From assembly GCA_965113315.1 (NCBI GenBank), contig OZ220364.1: a stretch of DNA of 64,000 nucleotides. One strand, written 5' to 3'. The translations under genes and the position numbers were made by a program. The notes under the pieces were generated by a model, which saw only the letters and a list, made by a program, of their open reading frames with translations, was not told where the DNA came from and ran no database searches. The stretch comes from Podarcis vaucheri. Taxonomy: Eukaryota. Each line of letters begins with the position of its first letter. Within the stretch, counting starts at the first letter, position 1. Of this stretch, positions 36,901-45,263 are shown piece by piece.

Positions 36901-37254
36901 AGGGCTGGGAGAACCTCTCTGCCTGGAAACCCCGAGTGCCGACTGCCAGTCCGAGTCGCGCAACACTAAGCTCGATCTGACTGGGTGTGAGGCAGTTTTC
37001 CTTCGAAAGGCTGCCCTCATCCCTCATCTGCGAGATCCGGGGCCTTCCAAGAGAGAAGGCGTGACTGGCCGGCAGGCGTGTGAGCCCCGGCACTTCTGCC
37101 TGAGTCGAGCCCGGCTCCCTCCCTCCCTCCCTCTCCCCTTGGCTCACCCGGAGCCAGCCGCGGTGGTGGCCTTGATGGAGTTGATGCGCAGCCGATTGGC
37201 CGTGTCCTTTAGGGCCTGCAGCGCCTGCTGGTCGGGCTTGTGATAATCCTCCAT
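2930..37254 (-). CDS. TKT: Transketolase, complete gene: join of 14 exons, 1884 nt, 627 aa
   Basis: Exons translate to [10 protein letters not shown]...HPTSCCS...GHAAP...GSLGQG...[13 protein letters not shown] (ThDP motif)...IAEQNM...[15 protein letters not shown]...SKSRNAE*. Exon lengths 107,118,114,98,192,119,194,165,157,131,84,94,123,188 sum to 1884, keep the frame and are GT-AG bounded. Confidence 0.98.
4214..4336 (-). CDS. TKT: TKT exon 13
   Basis: [41 protein letters not shown]; cag| and |gtagg. Confidence 0.97.
5628..5721 (-). CDS. TKT: TKT exon 12
   Basis: [32 protein letters not shown]; cag| and |gtgat. Confidence 0.97.
5855..5938 (-). CDS. TKT: TKT exon 11
   Basis: [28 protein letters not shown]; cag| and |gtgag. 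Confidence 0.97.
6539..6669 (-). CDS. TKT: TKT exon 10
   Basis: [43 protein letters not shown]; tag| and |gtatg. Confidence 0.97.
9317..9473 (-). CDS. TKT: TKT exon 9
   Basis: [53 protein letters not shown]; cag| and |gtaag. Confidence 0.97.
10185..10627. mobile_element. hAT MITE hosting a nested Tigger-like MITE
   Basis: TIR CCGTGGTTCCCAAC / GTTGGGAACCACTG; imperfect 8-bp TSD CCCTAAGC / CTCAAAGC. Confidence 0.75.
10326..10540 (+). mobile_element. Tc1/mariner (Tigger-like) MITE, nested in a hAT MITE
   Basis: TIR (C/T)AGTGGTACCTC(A/G)GGTTA, TA flanks; same family as 45397 and 53765. Confidence 0.88.
10885..11049 (-). CDS. TKT: TKT exon 8
   Basis: [55 protein letters not shown]; cag| and |gtaag. 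Confidence 0.97.
11894..12254 (-). mobile_element. Sauria-type SINE, full length, young
   Basis: tRNA-like head GGGACGCGGGTGGCGC with B-box GGTTCGAATCC, (ACCTTT)n tail, perfect 14-bp TSD AAACAAGAAGTCTA (11880-11893 / 12255-12268). Confidence 0.92.
12794..12987 (-). CDS. TKT: TKT exon 7
   Basis: [64 protein letters not shown]; cag| and |gtatg. Confidence 0.96.
15169..15444. mobile_element. hAT (Tip100-like) non-autonomous element
   Basis: TIR CGGTGATGTAG / CTACGCCACTG; 8-bp TSD ACCAACAC / ACCAACGC; GC-rich interior. Confidence 0.75.
15811..15915. repeat. (TG)n and (TA)n microsatellites
   Basis: (TG)~14 at 15811-15839 and (TA)~15 at 15886-15915, each preceded by TATTTCTCTCTCAT. Confidence 0.95.
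15916..16020 (-). mobile_element. Penelope-like element terminal-repeat fragment carrying a minimal hammerhead motif
   Basis: Minus strand reads CCTGAAGATGACGAGTGAGACCTCGTCGAAACGTCG; CpG-rich; directly abuts (TA)n. Confidence 0.7.
15968..16005 (-). ncRNA. Minimal (type I-like) hammerhead ribozyme core
   Basis: CUGAAGA-U-[GACGAG/UGAGAC loop/CUCGUC]-GAAAC-GUC; stem I only 2 bp. Confidence 0.55.
16064..16270 (+). mobile_element. MIR/CORE-like SINE remnant
   Basis: tRNA-like head (TAGCATAGTGGTGAA...TTTGAATCTCAC) and CORE-like AGGGTTGCTGTAAGGATTACATGA...AAAGCACT. Confidence 0.5.
16378..16496 (-). CDS. TKT: TKT exon 6
   Basis: [40 protein letters not shown]; tag| and |gtgat. Confidence 0.97.
17921..17954 (-). 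repeat. (GTAT)8.5 microsatellite starting at the TKT exon 5 donor
   Basis: acatacatac... run directly abutting exon 5. Confidence 0.95.
17955..18146 (-). CDS. TKT: TKT exon 5 (ThDP-binding GDG..N motif)
   Basis: [44 protein letters not shown]...CEAFG; cag| and |gtatgt. Confidence 0.97.
18916..19051. mobile_element. Short palindromic MITE
   Basis: CCTTCTCAAACTTGGGTCCCCAGATGTT...AACATCCAGGGACCCAAGTTTGAGAAAGG inverted arms. Confidence 0.8.
19757..20030 (+). mobile_element. Old CR1-like 3' fragment
   Basis: GATGGCTTTAAAAGCAGATTAGACAAATTCAT resembles the CR1 ORF2 end (DGFKxxLDKF). Confidence 0.5.
20605..20618 (+). promoter_or_regulatory. Antioxidant response element (NRF2/sMAF, BACH1) in TKT intron 4
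   Basis: GTGACTCAGCAAAA matches RTGACTCAGCAWWW; AP-1 TGAGTCA nearby at 20485-20491. Confidence 0.6.
23181..23278 (-). CDS. TKT: TKT exon 4
   Basis: [33 protein letters not shown]; tag| and |gtatc. Confidence 0.97.
23666..23861. mobile_element. Old MITE with GGG(C/T)TG(C/T)ATC termini
   Basis: GGGCTGCATCC...GATGCAACCC inverted termini. Confidence 0.5.
24230..24458 (-). mobile_element. Sauria-type SINE, 5'-truncated
   Basis: Homologous to the copies at 28093 and 49557; 12-bp TSD AGCCTGTTTTAA (24218-24229 / 24459-24470). Confidence 0.9.
24733..24846 (-). CDS. TKT: TKT exon 3
   Basis: [38 protein letters not shown]; tag| and |gtgagt. Confidence 0.97.
25920..26037 (-). CDS. TKT: TKT exon 2
   Basis: [39 protein letters not shown]; cag| and |gtaag. 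Confidence 0.97.
28093..28452 (-). mobile_element. Sauria-type SINE, full length
   Basis: (AAAGGT)n...CCCACAGCGCCACCCGCATCCC; same body as the other copies. Confidence 0.92.
29283..29415. mobile_element. Degenerate Penelope-like terminal-repeat remnant
   Basis: AACAAAGAATCTTGAGGCACCTTAAA...GTGGACAAGAGTCCATTTTATCAG; hairpin TGGAC/GTCCA with a decayed hammerhead core. Confidence 0.45.
29422..29477. repeat. Imperfect (AGATAT)n repeat
   Basis: agatatagatacagatataaatatacagatatataaatatagatatgtagatatat. Confidence 0.7.
30875..31432 (+). mobile_element. CR1 LINE 3' fragment, degenerate
   Basis: Similar to the 38054-38706 copy (CTCTATTC..TTGGTCAGACCACACCTGGA..TGTGTCCAGTTCTGGGCACCACA), internal deletion, ATTCTATGA tail. 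Confidence 0.85.
32770..33590 (-). mobile_element. GC-richer repeat-like block, possibly an LTR or DIRS/Ngaro-type terminal segment
   Basis: Composition shift relative to the flanks; minus-strand AATAAAGTTGTGGCC at 32863-32877; no clear TSD. Confidence 0.35.
36825..36985 (+). mobile_element. Old tRNA-derived SINE (Squam3-like) at the edge of the CpG island
   Basis: GCATCTCCA..AGGGCTGGGAGAACCTCTCTGCCTGGAAACCCCGAG..CTGCCAGTC, similar to 1310-1380. Confidence 0.5.
37148..37254 (-). CDS. TKT: TKT exon 1 (coding part)
   Basis: GCCATGG Kozak context; [36 protein letters not shown]; donor GG|gtgagc. Confidence 0.97.
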
Positions 37255-37294
37255 GGCGAAGCAGGAACGTGGCCGGCGGCGGGCTCGGGTTGCA

Positions 37295-37315
37295 GGCGGC
37301 GGCGGCGGCGGCGGC
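37295..37315 (-). repeat. (GCC)7 trinucleotide repeat in the probable TKT 5' UTR
   Basis: ggcggcggcggcggcggcggc, ~40 nt upstream of the ATG. Confidence 0.9.
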
Positions 37316-37686
37316 AGGAGCTGGAGCGTGTGGCGCTGGGCAGGCCCGGGCTCGGCGACTGAGGCAGGAGAGGCGGAGCTGCTCGGCCGGGCGAGGAGGG
37401 GCCAGGCGCCGGGCGGAGTCCTGCCTGCCTGCCTGGCCGAAAAGCCCCCGCCTCCCCAGCAGCGCGCTGCCTGCGGACTGAGCTCTCCCGCCCGCCTGCG
37501 AAGGCCAGCCGCTCCCCTCCCGAGGAAGAGAGGCGCGGCTGAGGCGCAGAAAACAGCCGCGTCCTCTTCCCTCTCGCTCCGCGCGCAACGGGAGCAGGGC
37601 GCGGCTGAGCGCCATTTGCGCAGCGGCCAAGTGGAAAAGCCCAGGGGGCAACTCAGCCCGCGTAGGGCGCAGGGCTTGCTTTCTAT

Positions 37687-37805
37687 CCGGCCCTCCAGGT
37701 GCTGTTGGACTCCGGCTCCCATCACCCGCAGCCAGCCCGGCCAATGGTGAGGGATGCTGGGAATTGGAGTCCAAGAACACCTGGAGGGCCCGCAGGTTTC
37801 CCCCA
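37687..37805. mobile_element. Short palindromic MITE embedded in the TKT promoter
   Basis: GGCCCTCCAGGTGCTGTTGGACTCC...GGAGTCCAAGAACACCTGGAGGGCC inverted arms; related to 18916-19051. Confidence 0.65.
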
Positions 37806-38053
37806 GCCCCGCGTTGTAATGGCATTCTCTGCTTGCGATGCTGCTTGGCTTTAAAGCGGAGCAAACTGGTCGGTGGGGGGGGGGGGAACGCTCAAAAATT
37901 GAGAGACACTCTGTGCTATTTTTCTTGAAAAAGAGGCGCTGGAAGTCACCAGGAACGCTTCCCAAGTTCTCTTAGAATGGCAACGAGGCCCACCTGAGAC
38001 GAGTTCCGAGTGAAAAAAGCGCTGGGAATAATGTTCTGCACTCCCTCCATTGA

Positions 38054-38706
38054 AGAATCATAGAATCATAGAATCATAGAGTTGGAAGAGACCACAAGGG
38101 CCATCGAGTCCAACCCCCTGCCAAGCAGGAAACACCATCAGAGCACTCCTGACATATGGTTGTCAAGCCTCTGCTTAAAGACCTCCAAAGTAGGAGACTC
38201 CACCACACTCCTTGGCAGCAAATTCCACTGTCGAACAGCTCTTACTGTCAGGAAGTTCTTCCTAATGTTTAGGTGGAATCTTCTTTCTTGTAGTTTGGAT
38301 CCATTGCTCCATGTCCGCTTCTCCGGAGCAGCAGAAAACAACCTTTCTCCCTCCTCTATGTGACATCCTTTTATATATTTGAACATGGCTATCATATCAC
38401 CCCTTAACCTCCTCTTCTCCAGGCTAAACATGCCCAGCTCCCTTAGCCGTTCCTCATAAGGCATCGTTTCCAGGCCTTTGACCATTTTGGTTGCCCTCCT
38501 CTGGACACGTTCCAGTTTGTCAGTGTCCTTCTTGAATTGTGGTGCCCAGAACTGGACACAGTACTCCAGGTGTGGTCTGACCAGAGCAGAATACAGTGGC
38601 ACTATTACTTCCCTTGATCTAGATGCTATACTCCTATTGATGCAGCCCAGAATTGCATTGGCTTTTTTAGCTGCCGCGTCACACTGTTGGCTCATGTCAA
38701 GTTTGT
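38054..38706 (-). mobile_element. CR1 LINE 3' fragment, young (ORF2 C-terminus intact)
   Basis: Uninterrupted 185-aa ORF 38138-38695 ([17 protein letters not shown]...[19 protein letters not shown]...) and (ATTCTATG)n tail. Confidence 0.95.
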
Positions 38707-38929
38707 CAAGAAGACTTTAGGTGTAAAATGAACCATATTTCTTAAATAGATTAGCCTCCACTGCGCCTCAGTTTTCCCTATGGAAACACTGGGTGAGCTC
38801 CTGGAAACCCCTGGAATCCTGCTTGGGGGTTCCAAAGCTGGGAGAAGTCACTGAGAAGGCCCTCTCTTGTGTCCCTACCAAGCGTGCCTGTGAGGGTGGC
38901 AGGACTGAGAAAAGGGCCTCCTCTGAAGA

Positions 38930-39330
38930 TCTCAGAACATGGGCAGGTTCATAAGAAGGAATATGGTCTTTCAGATAGCTTGGACCCAGAGAGCATTATA
39001 ACTAGCACTTTGACTTATGCCATGAAACAGACCAGTGGAGCTGTTAATGCTGCCTATAACCAGACCCGGTCAACAATCTGGCTACAGCTCTTTGGACCAG
39101 TTGAAGTTTCTGAGCACTTTTCAAAGGCAGCCCCATGTAAAGCGTGTTATAGTGATCCAAATGGGATGTAACCAAGGTGCATGTGTCACTGTGGCCAAAT
39201 ACATCTGAAGGAACGAATGCAGCTGGTGCACTAGCCTTAACTGTGCAAATGCACTCCTAGCCACTGTAGAGACGTGGGCATCCATGCTTAGGGCTGAGTC
39301 CAGGAGTATTACGTAGGGGTTGTGCACATA
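38930..39330 (-). mobile_element. L2-clade LINE fragment, degenerate
   Basis: Translation VILLDSALSMDAHVSTVARSAFAQLRLVHQL resembles the L2/CR1-clade post-RT region. Confidence 0.7.
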
Positions 39331-39625
39331 AGTGGAATCGCATAAAGTGGAGAGCACCCTCTATATGCCTATTTCCCCCTGCTCTTCAGCTCTATCTTCT
39401 GCTCTCTCTCCACTCCAGACCAAAATAAGAGTTTGGAGTTGAAGCTCTGGGGCTGGCTGGATGCCGCGTGGAAAAGTGCCAGCTGCTGTGCTACCCCGTG
39501 CATCAGCTTGTTCGGTGGGGAGGCTAAGCGGCCTAAACAAAGCCTCACTGAGCCTCTTTTGGACTTCCTCTGCCCTCACTGACATCCTCTTTAGGCTCCA
39601 GGGAGGGTATGGTTCTATTTACTTA

Positions 39626-39985
39626 CCGTATTGGCCTGAATATAACCCTCTTTCCCCCCAAATTCTGACCATGAAAAGTTAAAGTGTGGCTTATATTCGT
39701 GACCTTACGGTATGCAGCCAGGAGCGCAGCAGTGCCAAGAGTGCAGCAAAGCAGTGCCTGCCTCACGCGTAGTCCCCTGTCCCTGTCCCCGTCCCCGTCC
39801 CCCCAAGGTCAGGAAGGGAGAGAGTGAGGAAGGGGAAAGGCTGCCAGCAAAGCAGCACGGCTCCCCCCCTCCCTCCCCCAGTATGCAGCCAGGAGCAGCA
39901 AGGAATGGAGCGGCTTATATTTGGGTATTTTTCCTTCCCGCCCCCTCCAATTTTAAAGGTGTGGCTTATATTCAGGCCAATATGG
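39626..39985. mobile_element. Tc1/mariner-superfamily MITE
   Basis: TA-CCGTATTGGCCTGAATATAA...TTATATTCAGGCCAATATGG-TA. Confidence 0.85.
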
Positions 39986-40574
39986 TATTTCTCAGCGCTG
40001 TGCATATGTGCGGTCATGTACAAGTATAACACACGTAAGTTGGGGGATGCTTGTATTCAGGTTACATCATCAACTTGAATGAAACAGTTAATTTCAGAAG
40101 ACACCCTGGCTTTTTAAAGATGCTAAGCCTGTCAGGTGAATGTCTTATACCATCTCCAATGATGTTTTCTCCTTAGCTTCTTCCCCCAATTTCATAATTG
40201 TATATTCCCTGGGTAAATGTGGCATCAGATGTTCGTATAGCATATGTTAAAGATTTATATTAAAGTGTTAAAGCAAACGAAAAGGAACACAGATGCAAGA
40301 ATCTAGGGTTGCATTCAATGTTAGTCCACAGACAGTACCTCCATTGAAGTTAATGGGCACGACTAACTCAGATCCATTAATTTCAATGGGTCTACTCAAT
40401 GTTAGTTGGCTACAATCCCAAGAGTCACATTTTTGTGTTAAAGTACAGATACATCTGGTTTTTGAAGACGGTACCCAATTATCAAACCTTCATAAAAGCT
40501 TTCAACAGCTCTCCTAAGCTGGACTCCCTTTTCAAAAGGTGAACTGCCACCAAGAAGATATCAGGACAGACCAG

Positions 40575-43500
40575 AACATTTGTCTTTGAAGTTTTATTAC
40601 AAAAATATATCTGCAAACATACAAAATTTTCAATGAAAAATGCTTATTCTTAAACATTTATGCAATAACTTAATATTTGCCAGTATAATAAGATGGCACA
40701 AATTACATACCCATATACTGAAAGGTTAATGAAGCATTATGGTGACAGTTTTAAAAGTTGCTCAAATGCTAGTGGGCACAGTCCAGGCCACCACAGGTGC
40801 AGCGCCAATATGTAGAGGATTCCAACAAGTTCAATATATATCAGCTCCCAATACCCCCACCTATATATGTGCGTAGAAGGATGAATAACTTCAACCAAGC
40901 AGTCAAGGACTACGAATATGAATGAGACGCACGTACAAAAGTTCCATTCCTCTTCCTAGCGGTCTCTTGTACTTCCTATGTGCCCACAAAAAATGGGGAA
41001 ACAGGGCTCTATTGATCCTCTGGGAATCATTCAGGTGTGAATGCTGTGCCTGTAGAACAGGACCATGCCCATTGTTTTCCTATAGTAATCACTTAAAATC
41101 CAAAAGATCGGAAGCACCTCAAACTCTTGATATGCATGCGAGTGCAAATTAAAGCGCTAAACCCAAACACTGAGTGTAGTGTGCATTTTTAACAGAGAAC
41201 CACCATGTGCCCACAATGTTAAATTGGTACAAAAACAAACCACAGGGGGAATATTATTGCAAATGTTTCCCACTTAAAGTGAAGATATTGCACCTTTAAC
41301 ATGTTCACGAAAGATGTCCAAAACTGAGGTGAAATATATATTGCACACATTCCTCTTTTTAAAGATATGCTAAAGAAGCAACTCATGTAAGCCAACAAGA
41401 GGTGGCTGGGTTTTTGTGTCAGACCACTCCACATTAAATATATTTCCTGGAAAGTTCCACACTAATTATACCCGTGCCTAAACATGGCATTGGTGGAATG
41501 CCCTAAATTCAAGCAAAAGAGAACTACGGGGGGGGGGGGGGAGATACCATTTAGTATGCCTGAAACATGATTATACTCTCTGGCTTAGATCCAAAGTTCC
41601 AGGGAGTGAAATGTCACTCTCAGAAGATGGAAATGTGGAAGCGGTTTCCACCAACTCTTCCTTTCTACCAAAACTACTCTGGAGGGCTGAGGAACCTTCC
41701 AGAAAACTGAAGCAGCATGGGGGGGGGGGCAAGGAGGAAGTGGGGATCTGCAAGATCACCTTCCCCCTTTCCTTCAGCAACATTTGTCTCTTCCACAGAA
41801 TGAGCTTTTCTGTTCATCGAAGAAACGTTGAATCCAACCCCATGTCAGAATAAGACATGCTTTTACTTGTCATACTGTCATATTGTGCCTTAGCTCTTAG
41901 CAGACTTTTTACATTTTGCAGGGTGTGTCACAAATACAGAGTTGCTAGGCACATTTTTAACAAAACATTGTTAATGCAACAGAACAAAACAGCAATGAGT
42001 TCTTATTGAGTAAGCTGCTTGTTTTAAAGCCACTTTTGGATGGACAAATATTAAGCAATTTTTAATAAAATGCTGCATATAGGCAACGAAAAAATACATG
42101 CTTAAGATACTGAATATTGATTTTAGGACAGTCTAAAATCATACATTTTCTTGTGGGAAATAATATCTTGCTAAAATGTAAGCTTGAAAAGAATGGCCCA
42201 AGTTGGTTAGCTATGTACTTGTTACTGTTGCATGCAGGTAAGAATAAAATGTTTCATTATAACTCTAAACTTCTACAAGAGATTAAAAGACCAAATTGCA
42301 CTGAGAACAGACCTATTGTAATCATTCAATTTAAGGAACTTAATTTCACCAATTTCAATAGGTTTACTCTGAGTATGATTACTGTTGGATGTGACCATAT
42401 GTAATCAGGCTAAAGCTGTCCAGTAATTTCTGCATTTTGTAAGCATCTGTGATTTTTACCTTGCAGCAGAGTTTTGTTTTTCAAAGCAATTCTTAAAATG
42501 TTTTGTTTTGTTTCATTTGTTAATTTCTCACGCTACAATAAGCAATAAAAGCAGAATGCTGCTTTGTATTGCCTAGCTTGTCTGTGACCTCCCAGCTTGA
42601 GCCTGCTACATACACAAATGTTGTTAACGTGTGTAAGATCCTAGGTTAATGCAAATCTACTGACAGGAAAAAAAAGATTTAACTTTCTTCTAGCTAAGGG
42701 AATTCTCTTTGGAAGCAGAGAACTATTTATTGATGCTGCACATACTTCTATCAGTTGAGAACTCTGACCTGCCAAGCTACCAGATGAGGTTTCTGGGAAT
42801 TATAATGCAAAATAGTAAACAGGAGGACGAAGTGTACTGGGACAAATATTCTTTGAAACAGTGATGCTGTCTGAAGCAAAACTCTCTCTCACTAACCCCT
42901 TGAAGTCACAAAACCATAATGGTACATTCAATATAAGGGAACCCTTTATAGCAGGGGTAGCCAACGTGTCCCCCAGATGTTGCATTACTATTCCCCTCAG
43001 CCCTACCCAGTATGGTCAGTGGTCAGGGAGTTGCAGTTCAACATCTGGAGAGAACCACACTGGCTACTTCCGTTTCATTCCCACAGATATTTGGATACAA
43101 TGCTTACTTTGACCATTGTGACCAAGTTCAGCTCAATATCGTTATTCCTCCAATATTATGCTTATGGCTAAGAAGGTTTTCTTCTTTCCATACACAATAA
43201 TTAAGGACTGTTCTCGAGTCTTTATTATCTACAAACACAGCATTATATAAATTTGGTTCAGGGGGTATGGTTAATACAGCCACTTAAAATAAACTGAAGA
43301 GTACTGCAGTGGCTTGATTCCTGCCCCGCCCCCGGAAAAAGCTTCATACAGAATAATTCTGTTTAAATAAGCAAGCATGTTTTTCTTGGTGCACATACAT
43401 GGGTGTGCTATCAAAGGTCCAGCATTTAAGTAGAGCTCTCATGTTTCCTTAAAAAAAAAAAAAGGTCTAGAAAGTCTGAAAAGAAGCATTTGAGTTTTAC

Positions 43501-45182
43501 CATTAAAGCCAAAACACTAGTCGAATATGCATATCACTACTAACATATTTCCCTGAATTCTGCACATATATCTGATATAAAATACTATGTTCGCAACTAG
43601 AAACACTGAGTTCAAAGGCCGAAGAGGTTCTCTCAAAAGGCATATTTTGCTAAACATAAAAACATCTACTTAAAATCACTCAAAATGAAGTACATATTTT
43701 GATTTTTTAAAATCCAACACGCTATATATCAAAACACTGATTTGTGGTGGAATCATAATTAAAGCTTGGTAGATGAATTACAGATAGTATCTGCACCTTG
43801 AAGGGATCATCGTTACATTTAAATTTTAAGAGCAACAGGTACATTCTAATTCAGGACCTTTTCCATTGCAAACTCTACCAAAAGAAGGGGGCCTTTATAA
43901 GATCCTGGCTGTGCTTTTTATCAAGCCCTACTCATTTCAGTGGCTTGCACAGGAAGCTGATTGTAACACATGGATCCTCCATTCCAGCAATGCTCTGACA
44001 AATAAGCAGTATGTGTTGATCGGTTAAAAGGATTACAAAATTACCTTTCACAATATAAAACAAAGACCTTCTACTAAAAAACAAAAACCACCCCATCCTT
44101 TAATATTAGTATTGCTTGAACATATTGAGATTTATGTTACACTAGAGTATTGCTAGCTACTATCACATGCCATAATGAAATAAATACAAGTCAAGGAGAG
44201 ACCGATAGCAGCATATAAAACAACAAGGAGATCAGAGCAACTTCCTTTGGGAAGAAGTTTGATCTTTACAGTGGTAATGAAATCTTAACCTTCTATGAGA
44301 ACTCACAAAAACCTGCAAATGGAGGGGAAATATGGGGAGAAGAGCAGACTGCATTTGTTGTTTATGTGCCCATTTTTAAACACCAAAAACGAAATTATAC
44401 ACACTTCTCTAGGTTCCTTCCCAACTATGCTACAGGCAAACCTCCAAAATTTGCATTAAGCCTGGAAAGGACAATAAGGTGACCACAATGATGTTCCATC
44501 CATTTCTGTTTAAAAATTATTTGCTTGAAAATAGTATCATTAACAAAATATAAGAACACTGCAAGTATTGTTAAAGGGGTATTTCATAATCCACCTTCAT
44601 TTTGCCTTAGTAAAACATAGGGATGCATAAGCCAGCACTGCATATTAAGGGAGTCAGTTTGATGGTCAATACCATGCTGAGTCCATCCAGCTCTAAGGCT
44701 AAAAAACCCCCAGCATTTTTAAAATGCTTTCCACTGTTTCCTTCCAAACCCTAAAAGGATATTCTGAATTCCTTCCACGGCTCTTTAAATCAGAAGTTAG
44801 CTTCACAACTTGTTATCTTTACTCAACTGCCAAAGATGGCTTAGGCCACATTCACCCTAATTATTTAGATGTATGTACCAGATGAAGAAAAATCAAAACA
44901 GTTTTTCATATTACTCTAAACCCACTCAAAAATAATGTGCTGTTAAACATGAAGACCATTTTCCGCATACAGAAATAAAAGCCTGCTGGTGATTGGTCAC
45001 AGTGAAACCTAGATCACTTCTGAGAACATTAGTTATCCATTTTTAAGGGACAAGGTCTCCTTACTTTAACAAAACTTAAAACTTCAACTAAAAACAACCT
45101 TTAAAAATATTAACAGTTTCACAGAAGAGGCATAATTGTTTCTGAAACAATTAGGTGGTAAGTTGAACTGTATTTACTTCAG
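40575..45182 (-). other. Probable long DCP1A 3' UTR (~4.6 kb)
   Basis: AT-rich, nearly TE-free stretch ending at TGT-AATAAA (40593-40598) with a downstream GU-rich tract; a possible proximal AATAAA at 43221-43226. Confidence 0.6.
40593..40598 (-). terminator. Probable distal DCP1A poly(A) signal
   Basis: AATAAA with upstream UGUA motifs and downstream TGTTCTGGTCTGT. Confidence 0.65.
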
Positions 45183-45263
45183 TTATAGTTTGATGCTGTC
45201 CGTATTCTTGGTCAAGACTTGTAAATAAACTTCATGAAGCGTACTAAGAAAATTCGCATCGTT
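45183..45263 (-). CDS. DCP1A: DCP1A last exon (coding part)
   Basis: NDANFLSTLHEVYLQVLTKNTDSIKL*; cag| acceptor; TAA stop. Confidence 0.95.
   Translation of the reverse strand, partial: NDANFLSTLHEVYLQVLTKNTDSIKL

Larger units (their letters stand above)
36900..37860 (-). promoter_or_regulatory. TKT CpG-island promoter
   Basis: Very GC- and CpG-rich span across exon 1; GC boxes (GGGCGG at 37411, CCCCGCCTCC ~37446); YY1-like CGCCATTTG ~37610; CCAAT at 37741; no TATA box seen. Confidence 0.9.

Noticed and set aside
2930-37254. Assignment as TKTL1, TKTL2 or a pseudogene
   Set aside because: Exon 3 and the catalytic His residues are intact, there are 13 introns and an open frame, and DCP1A is adjacent, all of which indicate orthologous TKT.
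36878-37965. Long ORFs of 328, 273 and 165 aa over the TKT promoter, including an apparent N-terminal extension of TKT
   Set aside because: Expected from stop-codon scarcity in a CpG island; low-complexity R/A/P/G translations. The Kozak ATG at 37254 matches the known TKT N-terminus.
38138-38695. 185-aa ORF as a host gene
   Set aside because: It is the C-terminus of CR1 ORF2, truncated at the 5' side.
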